Below are positions 23,931 to 36,688 of a DNA stretch of 64,000 bases, one piece after another (position 1 is the stretch's first letter; each line of letters opens with the position of its first letter). The position numbers and the translations under genes were made by a program. Under the pieces are notes generated by a model. The model ran no database searches. It was not told the DNA's origin and saw nothing but the letters and a program-made list of their open reading frames with translations. The stretch covers positions 23,810,001 through 23,874,000 of the forward strand of contig NC_058369.1 in the NCBI RefSeq assembly GCF_018350175.1, given 5' to 3'. The stretch is from Felis catus (taxonomy: Eukaryota).

Positions 23931-25597
23931 TGCCCCTTGGCATTCTGTATGTCACCAACCTGAGGCTTCTTCCTAGCTCTAGAGCAGAAGCAGGCGATGG
24001 GCTTTCTCTTTTTAACTCTCAGCCAAGACGACAGGTAGTTAACCAGCTCTGAAGCAGGCCCATCTTGTGGGCCTTCCCACTGGCTGACATCCCTTTCAGT
24101 CACCTTATAGCTTCCGCAGACAATCTCTTCCCGGTTTCCTGTCCTACCGAACCATGCTGTAAAAGTACAGCTCCCAAGTGGTGACAAGCACAGTGACACA
24201 GCATCATGAGATGCTTGAGGGAGAATCTTCTAGGGGGTGATATCACACCCTCAGGGCCCCCTGGCCTTTTCTGAGCCCTATTTAGAGTCCCTAGACCATG
24301 GCTCTGCTCTCTCTGTCCAGAGGAGGGACTTGTCACACTTGGTCCTAGACAGTTCAGGTGATAAAAGATCAAAAGGCAAGCCGAAGCCTGTGGCTTGCCA
24401 ACAGGCTATTGTCTGCCCTGTCTCCAGAGCCGCCTTCCTTCCAGCCTTGGAGGCCAGCAAGCAGCCCCTCTTGCTTGAGGGTCACCTTCTCTTTCACAAC
24501 TGATTTAAAAAAATCCCCTCCTGCTCTTAATTGCACGCTGTGTGTTCAGATTTCCTGAAGTTCATGAACTGCTGTGAAATTTAAGACAAGTCTGCATTCC
24601 CACTGCATTGCTACTTTTTAATTCTAAATTCCACCCACCTCCCTAGGAAAAAAAGAAAAAAAAAAGCCAAGCTGAGTCAAAGAAAATTTATGCCAGTTGA
24701 AAGGAGAAGGCCAGCCCCAAATAATTCTACTAATAAAAGGGCAGTGAGAAACAGGGTAAAAATAATAAGGTTATATCCTCATAAAGTTCCTTTATTTGTG
24801 ATTCCCAAGGTACTTGGGGAATACTAGCTCATCAGGGCAGGGTCCCAAATGTAGCATCTGCTCCCAGTGGTTGCCTCCATCGCTCCGGGGGTTCTATAAA
24901 CACAGGATTGTAGCACTTGAGAGCCTTCGAGGTGGGTTGGTGGGAAGTGCAGACCAGAGGATTTTATAGCAGGAGAAAGAGGTGCCAAAAACCCTAAAGA
25001 CTTCCCCATGGTCACCTGATGAGTCAGGCTGAACCCCAAACAGAGCCCAGGCACGGACTGCACTCTAGGCCTTGGAGAAGAACCCACTTTGCGGTGGCCA
25101 CAGGCCATTAAGAGATGCTTTGTAATAAAAAGACCATGTCCTGGAGCACTTCATGGGGCCTCCACAGTCCTATGAAAGAGGCAGAGCGCCCCTCCCAAGC
25201 CACGGAGTGAAAGGAAACGGAGGAGATTGGACAGAACATCAAGCATGAGTTAGGATGAAAACTTCAGAGCAGAACTTTCCTAGGGCAAGCACTTGCTCAG
25301 GCCCCCGTTTGTCTGAGGCACTGGAGACGAAGGGGAACAAAGGAGACAGGGCCCACCTCAGGGAGCTTATCATCATCCAGGGGGAGCTTGTGGGTGAACA
25401 GCAGGCTCAGAACAAGTAAGACTGTGGTGAGTGCTGCAGTGGGCAGGAAGGGGGTCTGCCCACCTAGGGCCAGCTCCTCTGAGCCGCGTCTCCCCCACCT
25501 GACCTCTGCGGTAGCGGTGGACCAGCTGATTTCCTGCAGTTCCTCTCTCACCACACGACCGCCAGAGGGTGAGAACAACGCAGTCACTCCCCTGTAT

Positions 25598-25613
25598 CAG
25601 AGCCCTCTGCTGG
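25598..25613 (-). promoter_or_regulatory. CTCF core motif at a SINE junction
   Basis: Minus strand CCAGCAGAGGGCTCTG. Confidence 0.4.
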
Positions 25614-25860
25614 GGCGCCTGCATGGCTCAGTCATTAAGTCTCTGACTCTTGATTTCAGTTCAGGTCATGATCTCGCGATTCATGAGTTCGAGCCCCACA
25701 TCAGGCTCTGTGCTTACAGCTTGGTAGAGCCTGCTTGAGATTCTCTCTTTCCTCTCTCTGCCCCTCCTTCTCTCTCTCTCTCTCTCTCCCTCATTCTCTG
25801 TCTCTCAAAAATAAATAAATAAACATTAAAAAAAAAGAAAAGAAAAGAAAAGAAAAGAAA
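25612..25860 (+). mobile_element. CanSINE (SINEC_Fc2-like) with (GAAAA)n tail
   Basis: GGGGCGCCTG head, (CT)n, AATAAA; TSD core agccctctg at 25601-25609 and 25861-25869. Confidence 0.96.
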
Positions 25861-25879
25861 AGCCCTCTGTGGTTGCTCC

Positions 25880-26237
25880 CAGCATGTGTACCAACATCCA
25901 AACTCCAGAGTCTGGCCCCTGCCTCTCTTCCAGACCTCTTCTCCTGCCATTTCCTTCCTACTTCATTATTCCAAGAACCCTGACCTGTGGCCTTCATACA
26001 TGCTTCTCTCTGTACCAGGAAAGTTCTTGCCTCAGCTCTTTCCACAGTCCGCATCCTCTCCATCATTCAGGGGCCTGCTCACCTGTCTCCTCAGAAAGGC
26101 CTTCATCTAGCTTCTTCTACAAAGTAGCCCGTGCAAGTCCCTCCCTATCACGTGACCCTGTTTTCTTTCCTTCAAGGCAGTTGTCCCTTTCTGAAATACC
26201 CTCCTGTATTTGTTCACTTACACATCACCAATCTCCC
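25880..26237 (+). mobile_element. L2 fragment (resumes ~26810-26870)
   Basis: 'ggccttcatacatgct', 'tgtctcctcagaaaggccttc'; downstream 'tgtaagttccatgagacaaggg'. Confidence 0.7.
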
Positions 26238-26548
26238 TGTATTAGTTAGCTATTTAACAAACTGCCCCAAAACTCAGTGGCTTAAAATAGCAACCATTTA
26301 TTATTGCTCATATGTCTACAGGTCAACTGGATAATTCATTCGGTCCTGGCTGGGCTCATCCGTGTGTCTACAGGGGTTTATTAGATAGCTCTGCTGATCT
26401 TAGCTGGGCTGTTTCACATGTTTGGGGGTTGGCTGACTGTGACCTAGTATAGGGTGGTCTTGACTGGGACAACTCTGCTCTCCTCTAAATGGCCCCTGAT
26501 TTACCACCAGGCTAGCATGGGCTTGTTTTCATGTGGCTAGGCAGAGTT

Positions 26549-26590
<42 letters not shown>

Positions 26591-26808
26591 CCACTCACAA
26601 GGCCTCTGAAGGCTTAGGCTCAGAACCGGCATATCATCATTTCTACCACACTTTGATGGCTAAAGAAAGTCTCAAGATGAGTCCAGATTCAAGAGGAGGT
26701 GCAACAGAATTCCACCTGTGTTTGGGAGGGGCTGCAAAACCACACTGCAGAGGGTACAGATATGTGGGTCCTGAAGAATGGGGACATTCTGGCAGTCGAC
26801 CTACCATA
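26238..26808 (-). mobile_element. MaLR solo LTR (MLT1F-like) with internal (GA)n at 26551-26588
   Basis: 'tgtattagttagc...ccccaaaactcagtggcttaaaa', 'aggcctctgaaggcttaggctcagaac', 'ccagattcaagagg'. Confidence 0.9.
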
Positions 26809-28259
26809 TTCTCCTTCTACAGTGTAAGTTCCATGAGACAAAGGGCCTCAGTGAGCACCTACCATGCACTATGCACAGATTTAACCATCCTCTTACAGCG
26901 TATACATAGTTCACAATCTGGGTTTGGTGGGTTCATCGATTTTTTTAAAAAGTGGCACATACCCCCTTATGACACTGGATTCTGGGACAAGGTTGTGTTC
27001 TGGGCTAGACAAGTTACAACAGGCGTTTGCTGTATGGAGCTGTTCTACACTGGGAGACATATCTGCCCCATGGGATACCAAAATCCACGTAATAACAGGT
27101 CATGTTATAATGAGGTTTCACTGCACATGCTTGCTCTCCATTTAAAAGACAGCAGGCCCTGCCAGCTCTTCCTCCAGCTGCTGGCTTCAGACCTCTCTTT
27201 CCAGAAGGATAAGAACTACCTGTCAAAACGCAAAGCTCTAACAATGAAATATACAGCGCATGCTGTGGGAAAGCCCTCGCTTTACTTCCACAGGCCGCAG
27301 CTGGTGTGCACGGCTGAAATGATTCATTCCTCCATCCAGCAAAACAAGTCCGTTTACAGGGTCTCCTAAACAGAACACATCCTCAACCTTTCACATGCTC
27401 TGCATTCGGCTCATGATTTAACCTCCTTGTCGTTGAAGAGCGGCAGACTCAGCGCTGGAACAGGAGACTTCTTCCTGCATTGCTCTCTGCTCCAAGGCAA
27501 TATACTGTTACATTTCTAGGAAATCGGAATGTCTCTTAACCCCTGCTTCAAGTACCTACACATTCCATGCTGCGGTGCTTCATGTAATATCTCCACAGCA
27601 GTGGTCAGGGTTTCAAACAATACAGCCCACAGCCGCAGGGACACCGGAAGAAAAGTCAAAAGGTGATACAGTTTGGAGATGATTGTGCGTTTGAGAGGAG
27701 GCAAAAGGACCAAAGCAAGAAAGGTTTTTGCCACAAGTGCCAAGAGTGAATGTAAATGCCACTTGATAGCAAACCTAAGGGCACCTTTCTCTGGGGCAGC
27801 TTGAATCCTAGAGGGTTCCGTTTGGGGAAGGGGCAGTGCTGCTAGAGGCAAATAAGAAGGCTATCACTGGGCTGAGAACCCAAGGGCAAGAGACCTATTT
27901 CAGTCATAAGAAGAGCAACAGCTTTTCAATGTCAGGGAAATCTGGAAGAAAAGATGGAGGATGGAGACCAAAAGAGGCTGAATTAATTTCCTTTGGAAAT
28001 CACTGCTTGGTTCAGGGGTCCTCAGACTGTTACCTATTCCCATGAGAGCCTTGAAATCATTTCTCCAAATCAAAGGTGTTAATTGCTTTCATAAGGGCGC
28101 TGGCTGGAGCAGAATCCAAGAGCTTGGGGAGTGTGATTTTCTCATTTCTCTGGGCCTGAGCAATGCTTCAGTTCCTGAAGGTAAGCATCTTGACTGACTC
28201 TATGTAGTTCTGATCCCTGAGATGCTTGTCCGCCTCAAACCTGCCCAGGGCATTACTGG

Positions 28260-28700
28260 TCCATTGGTTCATTACATACAGATTGAATACCCCTAATATA
28301 TGCCATGTACTGTTCTAGGCAGAATGAACAAAACAACCCATATGCTTGCCTGCCTGGGGCTTATAAACAAAAACTAGTGAAATACAACAGTATGTCTGAT
28401 GATGATGAGTACCAGATAAAACAGGGAAGGGGGTGGAGTTTATTTTTAAATTGGGTGGTCAGATGAGGCCTCATTAAGTAGGTGACATCTGAATAAGGAC
28501 TGGAATGAGGTGGTTGAGTGAGCCATGTGGTCATCTGGGGGAAGAGAATTACAGGCAGAGAGAATAAGCAGTGCAAAGGCCCTGGGGCAGTAGATGCCTG
28601 GCTTATTTGAGAAGTCTCTCTGAGGTCAATGGTGAAAGGGAGGATGGGGATGGGAAAGAGGACACATTGTAGAGGGACCTTGTGAGACACCAATTTAAGG
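28260..28700 (-). mobile_element. L2a-like fragment
   Basis: 'gggtggtcagatgaggcctcattaagtaggtgacatctgaata', 'caggcagagagaataagcagtgcaaaggccctggggcag'. Confidence 0.9.
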
Positions 28701-29215
28701 ATGTGCTCCTCTAACGAGGAGGCAGGGCTGAGTGATTCCTATCAGCCCTCAAAGAAGTCAACTTCAGGATGAACAGTATAGAGGGGAAACAAAGGTACTA
28801 TCAATCTTTCTCTTTTCAAATACTTGAGCCATCGTTTTCCCACTGCCCCTTCCTTTAAAAAGAAAGGTAAGTGTGTGAGAGAAAACAGAGTCTATAAAAA
28901 TAGACATGCAATAATATCATTTAGTCCTGCCATGGGGCAAAAAGGTGAGATGTTTAGGGGTCATTCATCAGGGTGAGTTTATAGACTGTGTAACTTTGGT
29001 AAGACAGTAATTACACTGAAGGGTTGTTAACCCAGGGAAGTCACCCAGAGGTGGGGCTTTTAGACGTGTAAGCATAAGTCCTGCATGGCAGGAAAGGTGG
29101 CAAGGCGTGAACAGAAGGCATTCAATGCTTGTGTCCAGCACTGTTTCCAAGTGAAAGTCAAGGTGACAGCAGACACAGCAGGGTTCCTGGCCAGTGCTCC
29201 CTGCATCCTCACTCC

Positions 29216-29352
29216 ACGGGCTTCAGATAGTGCCTGTGGCCCTTCTGAGATGGTATACAACATTTCCTATGTGCTGTGTGCTTTTTCCTTGGAAAAGGGT
29301 CCAGAGCTTACCAGAAAATTTCATGACCTCCTCCAAAATGAAGAACCACTGA
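29216..29352 (-). mobile_element. MER117-like hAT MITE
   Basis: 'tttttccttggaaaagggtccagagctt...catgacctc...aagaaccactg'. Confidence 0.65.
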
Positions 29353-29519
29353 CTTTGCATACAGCAATCTCTGTTCTTACTTCTAGGTCAGCAGATGACT
29401 CCCTGTGATCAGGGAGAGCATAGCCAACATCTTCATATTACAGGGGTCTTTATTCAGGGTCATGAGATGCACTATTTTAACCCAATACCCAAGAACTTGG
29501 ATTGTCACATGCATGCTGT

Positions 29520-29915
29520 CCCCTCCTTTCTCCCAAATCCAACTGGCCCCAAGCATTGTCCAGTCATCCAACTGAACACAAACTCTTATTCACCTCCTGG
29601 CTGCACAATGCTGTTCCTGTTGCTTGGAACACTCTTCCATGCTTTTCATATAGCTGTCACACTTCACTCAAGTCTTAGCTAAAACAACATCTCCTGTAGG
29701 AGGCAATTAGACTAGGTTATGAACCCTGATAGCATCCTACATGTCCTTTGTCATATCCCATCAGAGTTTATCCTGAGCTCTGATTTCACAGAACCCTTCC
29801 CTGCTAGAATGTAAGCTCTGTGAAGGCAGGAAGTTGGACTCTGTCCCTCGGTACAGAACCTTGGATCTAGTAGGCACCCAATAGGTATTTCTAGATGAGT
29901 GGATGGATAGGTATG
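29520..29915 (+). mobile_element. L2 3' end
   Basis: 'ctagaatgtaagctctgtgaaggcagg', 'tagtaggcacccaatagg', (TGGA)-like tail. Confidence 0.8.
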
Positions 29916-30089
29916 CTGATCAATTACTCTTCTCAGAGAGGCCAGTTCTTCTGGACACCAACCTGCTCCCCTCCCCAACCAGTGGCCAGGCTCCACAGAA
30001 TGGTCTACTACAATCTACAAAAGGTTGTTCCTACAGACCTGGGTAGTTACACCCAGAAGATGGCTATCAATCTTTTGTGGTAGAATATT

Positions 30090-30305
30090 GTTTTTAATTT
30101 TTTTAGTGTTTTTTTTTTATTTTTGAAGAGATAGAGAGACAGAATGTCAGCAGGGGAGGTGCAGAGAGAGAGGGAGACACGGAAACCGAAGCAGGCTCCA
30201 GGCTCTGAGCTGTCAGCACAGAGCCCGACATGGGGCTCGAACTCACAGACTGCGAGATCATGACCTGAGCCAAAGTCGGACGCTGACTGAGCTACCCAGG
30301 TGCCC
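30090..30305 (-). mobile_element. Feline CanSINE (SINEC_Fc)
   Basis: Full body; TSD ggtagaat at 30079-30086 and 30306-30313. Confidence 0.97.
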
Positions 30306-30549
30306 GGTAGAATCTTTTTTAAAAAAATTATTGATCTACCTCAAAAACTGAATTTTGCACAGTTGATTGATTCCCATTTCAGGTGAGTTTTTAAGCAAGC
30401 CCAAACTACTGGCTGCCTTTGGACCGTATCAGTCTTCACAACTCTATACGGCGGTCCTTCTGTAGGACTGCTAGCCCAGCCTTCCCATGCTGGAAGGAAT
30501 AAATACCGAGCATAATCTTGAGGGCATTTGTTAAAACAGACAGGATGAC

Positions 30550-30880
30550 ACAGGTAGCCTGAGTCCAAATGTAGACTCTGTTACAAACCAGCTAAGGGCC
30601 TTGGAAGAACATCTAGCATCTCTGAGCCTGTTTCCCTGGACTTAATTGACTCAATGTACCTCATGGTGGATAAGATTAGGGGCCTTCAGAAGCAAAGTCC
30701 TGAGTTTGAATTCTAACTCAACACCTGCCAGCTGAGTGGTCTTTCACAGGTTATGTAATCTTGTGAGCTTCAGTTTTATCATCTGGCAAGGTGGGACTAA
30801 TAAAGGTTTATTGCAAAAATATCAACTGAGACTGAATAGAGTAAGTACTAACTAGTTATTGTACCAGTATCATTATTGGG
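30550..30880 (+). mobile_element. Two tandem MIR fragments
   Basis: 'ctctgagcctgtttcc'; 'cctgagtttgaattctaactc...cttcagttttatcatctg'. Confidence 0.7.
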
Positions 30881-31444
30881 ATATCCTCAGAGTTGTTGTT
30901 ATGCTATGTAGACCAGTACATGATGGTACAGCTATTCTGCAAGCTAAGCCAGAGAGAGAGAACTTGAGTCCTTTCCTTTAGGTTACCCAGTCTTTAGAGT
31001 CAAAGCAAAATAACATTCTTACCCACCAAAAACCGTCCTTTAGTCTCTTTGCATTAGTGAGTATGAATCTAGAGAAATCACATGGGAAATGTTAATGCCT
31101 GGCTAGTTTCCAATGTGGAAGCACTCATTCATTCATTCATTCATTCACTCACTCAGGGAAGACGACGAGAAGGCACTGGGCGATACCAGCTTCCCTAATA
31201 GTTTACCGAGTGCAATTCCAAGTCAGCTACTATCAGACACATGGGCTGGTGGAAACTGGGGGCCATGAGAAATCTGGGCTCTTCTGAGTATCCAAGGGCT
31301 CACTGAGCTGCTTCTCCCACTGTGGTCCTCAAATGGCAGCAGAGGGCCACGCGGGAGTCCTTGCCAGCAAGTCTGACCATACTCCAGTCTCTACCCCACT
31401 TCCCCAACACGGGCACAGGGCTCAGGAGTCCAACTTCCCAAGAC

Positions 31445-31970
31445 TTCCTGGGATAGAATTTAGACTCCTCCACATATGAGTTATGCAACTCTAAGTAAGT
31501 CACCCAACTTCCCCAAGCCTTAGTTTTCTTATGTGGAAACGTGTAATAAATGCTGCATCATCCTCAGAGTGACTGCAAGGATTCCAGGAGAGAATGTAGA
31601 GAAAGCGTCTCTTTAACTGTGCCTTGCACAGGGAAAGCACTTAGTAGACAGCCATTATTGGTAGCAGTAATGGGAGCTTCAGAGGCCCCACCATGCAGCC
31701 TACTGATAAGAGCTCAAGCTCTGGAACCAGGTGACCTGGGTTTTAAGTTTAGGCCTGTTACCTTGTTGTGTGCCTAGTTGTGGGCCACCCAGGGCAAGGT
31801 ACACTTAACCTCCCAGACTCAGCTTCCACATCTGCAAAATGGAACCAATGACAGCACCCACCCCCTGGAATTCTGATAAGGACTCAGTGAGTTAATAGTC
31901 AGGAAGCCCTCAGAGCCAAGCCTGCTTTATATCGATGCTCTCTAAAGACGGTTAGGATTACTACTAGCCA
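31445..31970 (+). mobile_element. Two tandem MIRs (~31445-31660 and ~31700-31970)
   Basis: 'gccttagttttcttatgtggaaa'; 'cttaacctcccagactcagcttccacatctgcaaaatgg'. Confidence 0.8.
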
Positions 31971-33399
31971 TTCATGCCAGGTGTGGCCTTGGTTCTTGGC
32001 TCTACCACTGCCTCACTGAAACTCAGAGGAAAGGCAATTCCCCTCAATTGGATGAGGGCTTTGAAACCACACATTTCTTTCCTTCCCACTCACTCCATTT
32101 AATATGGAGACTCGGAGGCAGTGGGCAGACTTTGCATAGGCCAAAGACTCTCCCCTCTCGCTTCCACATGTCATTTAAATGGGCTATTTATGGCCTTGCT
32201 CTTTACAGCTGTGCATCCCGCTCTGGTGAGGAGAAGCAGCCATGGCCTACATCCCTCTGCTAAGGCTGCCTTTTTCAGGAGACCCCCAAAGCAGAGTGTG
32301 GAGAGAAGGATGTATGCGGGAAGGATAACATAAAACAGAGAGGGGCAGTTCCTTACTGAACTAGGAAGACTGGCAGGGGATCTCCACCTGCAAACTGGAA
32401 TCACCCAGGTAACATTCAGGCATCCCCACCCAGAGAGGTTGGTGTCCAAATGAATGGCTTGTCTCAAACTGAGCAGAGGCCCTGGTTTTATTGCCAAGTC
32501 AGTGGACAACGAGAACCAGACTTGCCTGCAAAATGCCCGGGGTGTTACAAATCCAAATACGGTCTTGTCTTTGCTGTTTAGGGAGCCTGATGTATGTCAG
32601 TCCGCTTGGCGGGGAGGAGCTCGGGCAGAAACTGGGGCCTTCCGTGCTGACTCCTACTCCTGCTGGGGTGCCTGAGATTTGGTTATTTGAGTTCCCCCGT
32701 TTACTGTGAAATTTAAGTGCTGCTGTCTATTCAGCTCAGGTTCTCTGGTTGGTTCTGAAATAAACAGCCACCACTATGGTCTATTTGTGCTGTCAACCAG
32801 GCAGCACTTGGCAAGATGAGGTAACAGTTTTAGGACTACATTTCTAAAAGGGGCCTTCATGGGGTCTCCTGTTTCTCCTGTGTTAAGGCTCAGGGTTTTT
32901 GCAAAAGAAAACTGTCCTTGGGTATCAAGTGACCCCTTAAATGGCTAGGCTCTACTGCCGCTGACCTGGGGCTTCATTCAGTCAAATGCTCTTCCAGCAA
33001 AGCAGCTCGACAGTTGTAACCTCAGGGAGCTGATAGGCCCGTAATCATCCAACCAAAGGTCCTAAATTTTGAAGACAATTCCCAGTATACCCCCCTTACT
33101 TCTATAACCGCTAGATCTCATTTAAAAAATGAGATCTTTGTCATAGGGTATTGCTTAAGATAATAAGTAAGATTTCCACTTGAATTCTCTTGTTAGAGCT
33201 CATTGGGGACTTCACCCTGGAAGATAACAAAACACCAAACCGTATCAGTATGTTTAATTGTTATTCCCAGTCATCCGGGCCAAGGGTAGGGCTACTGAGG
33301 GGTCTCTGTGGGTTTGCGGTTTTTCTGACCCCAGTCTTTCCTTTGTGGCCATGTGAACCACCTTCTTGATTATTAAGAACACAGAATGACCTAGAAAAA

Positions 33400-33480
33400 T
33401 CCGCAGGTTTCATGGAAATGAAAGATCCACAAACAAACACAGCTGGTTTCAGCTTTGATGCTGATAAACAAAGCAAGGCA
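33400..33480. promoter_or_regulatory. Dense TF-motif cluster (candidate enhancer)
   Basis: TTCATGGAA 33409, CAGCTG 33440, CTTTGAT 33453, TGATAA 33462, ATAAACA 33464, AACAAAG 33467. Confidence 0.3.
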
Positions 33481-34339
33481 GAGCAGAACCGCAGAACGAA
33501 AATCAAAAAACCAGACTGAAAACAAGAAAAGAAAATCCTTCTTCTCAGCCTGTAGACGTGGGAGGGAGGCTCAAGGAAGCTTTGGAAAGGGCAGTGTTTG
33601 AGAGCAGGGCTTCCCGAAGGGGAGTCTGGGAGCCCCCAGGCTGTGCCCTGGTTCACACAGAGGAGCTGGCAGCAGGCCTGACATCTAGGGCACTGGTGCA
33701 CCCAAGACGACCCTGGGCCAGAGAAAGAACAGTGATTATGGGGGTGGGGGGAGGAGTGGGTAGGGCAAGAACCAAGACAAAACCAAGTGGCAGAGGGGGC
33801 TGACACTTCCCAAAAGAGAGCAGATTCGGTGGATGGGACCCTATTCTAAAACAGGAGAAGACCATGTTTATAAGAGGAGAAAAGCAGACACCCACAAACT
33901 TTCCTCAGATGCAGGAGGATGATGTTGGCATTTAAATGCCCCAAAGAAGCTCTGGAGAGCCAGGGATAGCAATATGTGGAGTGGCTTTTGGACTGGGGGT
34001 CTTCCCCTGCATTTTCAACGTTAATTCCAAACCATCGTAGACCAGCATGAAGGTGAATTCCAGCCATGATGCCTGGAGAAACACTATTCATAGGTCCCAT
34101 GGTACTCTGGGAAAAGATTTATAACTAAAGTGTAAGCTTATGTTACTGCATTTGACCATCACAGCCAAAAAATGCAACTATTATGAAAAGCATCTTACCT
34201 GGTGGACATTTCCTCACTCTGCGTTCACAAACAAACTGAGTTGGTGACTGAGTCGGTGACCTATTTAGCCATTATTAATTTTTTAAAAAGTGCATTTAAA
34301 ACTAATATTAGTTCTAACTGTTCTCAAAAAAAGATTGTA

Positions 34340-34980
34340 TATTTTTAATCAAAATTGAAAATTATATTTAAAACATTTATATGCCCACCATCTAGTAGAA
34401 TAAGTAAATCTTAACATTTTGCCATATTCCATTCAAATCATTTCCTTTAATTTAAGCCCCCATCCTTGATTTCCTAGTGTGACTGAAGTAAACACTGAAC
34501 TGAAGTTAGAGAGTGTTATTTTGGTGCATGTTTGTTAAATGTTTAATACTGTTGTGCTCTACATATTCATTCACTAATAAATGTAGAATAAATCTCAAGT
34601 CTAAAAATTTTAAATGTTATCATACCACATTTATCACTATTAAACATGCTTCTTTCAGTCAACATTATGTTTTTGCAATTTATCCATGTCAATGTAATTG
34701 GTTCAAGTGCATTGTAATGCTATGATGTATGCTATTGCATAATATACCAGAACGCCTATTGATGAATATTTGGATTGTATCCAGCTTTTTGCCATTACAA
34801 AGCTTCAAGGATGCTAACTGCACATGTTCTCTCGTACACAGATTCAAGCAGTTCCCTGGGGTGTATATCTAGAGGTCGAATTGCTATGTCATGGTGAATA
34901 TCTAACTTAAACTTGACTAGATACTGCCGAGTTGCACTCCAAAGTGGTTGTAAAATCCACACCAGCAGTCAGGGCAATGC
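34340..34980 (-). mobile_element. Ancient L1 (L1MC/L1ME-like) 3' fragment
   Basis: 'ttggattgtatccagctttttgccattacaa', 'tatatctagaggtcgaattgct', 'ctccaaagtggttgta'. Confidence 0.85.
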
Positions 34981-35019
34981 ACTTTCCCTGTGGTGTAGAG
35001 TGTTACTTATCTTGTCTGC

Positions 35020-35280
35020 TGAGCTGCTGATAATACTGTTCAGTGGTTTCTATTGCCAGGCGTTGGGCTAAGCTATTCACAGATATTATTCCATTAATTG
35101 TCCCATGTAATACTAGCACTGACCTTATAAAACAGGTTTTATCAATCCCATTTCACAGACAGGAATCCGGGCCTGGAGAGGGAAACCACTGAGGGTCAAC
35201 CTGACAGCAAGTGATAGGTTGGTAATAGCAACCAGCTGTGCCTGGCTCCAGAGTTCTTAAAAAGTCAATATCATTGCCTT
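35020..35280 (-). mobile_element. MIR
   Basis: 'tcccatttcacagacaggaatccgggcctggagag'. Confidence 0.7.
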
Positions 35281-36309
35281 CAAAACTACAAAAACATCTT
35301 TTTCCACTGACCAGACACATGATTTGAAGTCATAGAGAAGGTACCCAAGTGACTAAAAAACTGGTACACATCCCTAGGCTGAACCCAGAGCTCCTGACTC
35401 CTTACAACCTGAGGCTGGTGCAAATGTCAAGGCTGTTTCCTTGGCCATTTCCCCCAAGGAATCAGCAGAAGGTTCCAAGCTGGGTGGCGTCAAGGGCAGA
35501 CATCCTTGCTTCCGGGCCCAGCTGTAATGGTATTCACAGACCCTAGCCCCTCCTTCCAGGAACAGTCCTCCAGCCAGGGCCTCCTCCCCATCAATCAGGG
35601 TGCTGTGGAGTGCATCAGTCATGCAAGCCATTTGGAGCATTTTTCCAAGAGAGGGAACAACCTCATAAAGTCTCAGCAATTGAATCAGAACAAATGGATC
35701 CTAAAGATGGCTTTCGACTCAGGCCCCAGTAAGCCGACGGAATGTTAAAAAGACACATGAACCTCAGAAGTGAAAGCAGAGAGCACGAGCGAAATCCCCT
35801 TGGCCTGATGAATCAATTCCAGAAAAACCCTTTCACCTGGTCCCCATCCATCAGCACCAGACTCAGAAGATGGGAAATGGTGGCTCTCACTCTTAGCACC
35901 TCTGTGTTACAGTTACCCATACTGTACTTTGAGTGTGGTCAAAGAAAACCGATCCTGGGACAGAGACCAGGGAACCCTGACTTGGGAAAAGCGTACAGCA
36001 AAAAAGTGGGATTCTCCCTTCCCACATGAGATCCAGGGATGCTGACTTTCTGATCAGATTCCTATGGAGCAGGAGCTGTTCTCTGATGCTCTGGTTTTAG
36101 TTCACAGAAAGACACTGCTGGATAATGAGGGTCCCTTGGGTAGTTTCAAGTTCCTCCTGGATGCAGGAGTACTGCCTACTGGCCACACAGCCCTCCCAGA
36201 ATGTTTTAGGAAGACCATGGTGGACAGGCTAACTGAACCCAGAGGTTGTACCATAACCTGGAGTACTCTGGAGGACCCTTTGGGGGTAACTGGATCTCAA
36301 CACAGAGGA

Positions 36310-36652
36310 AGAGCAGTGCAAAAGTTAAGCGCGGGCTTTGGGGTCAGCTGGACCTGAGTTTGAATTCACATACTAGCTATGTGACTTGAGCAAGCAACTT
36401 AACCTCTCTGAGACTCAGTTTCCACAGCTTTAAAGGTGGGGGACAGTATCACCAATCTCATTAGGCTATTGGAATGATTAAAAAAAATAATGTGAGGTGA
36501 CCAGGTGGTTCAGTGGGTTAAGCATCTGACTTCAGCTCAGGTCATAATCTCATGGTTTGTGAGTTCGAGCCCCATGTCAGGCTCTGTGCTGACAGCTCAG
36601 AGCCTGGAGCCTGCTTTGGATTCTCTGTCTCCCACTCTCTCTGCCCCTCCTC

Positions 36653-36688
<36 letters not shown>

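Noticed and set aside
26533..27369. Longest ORF (278 aa)
   Set aside because: Starts at a GTG in an antisense MLT1 LTR, reads through (GA)n and an L2 remnant, and has no recognisable domain
33261..33806. 181-aa minus-strand ORF
   Set aside because: No family resemblance; overlaps a motif-dense, apparently regulatory segment
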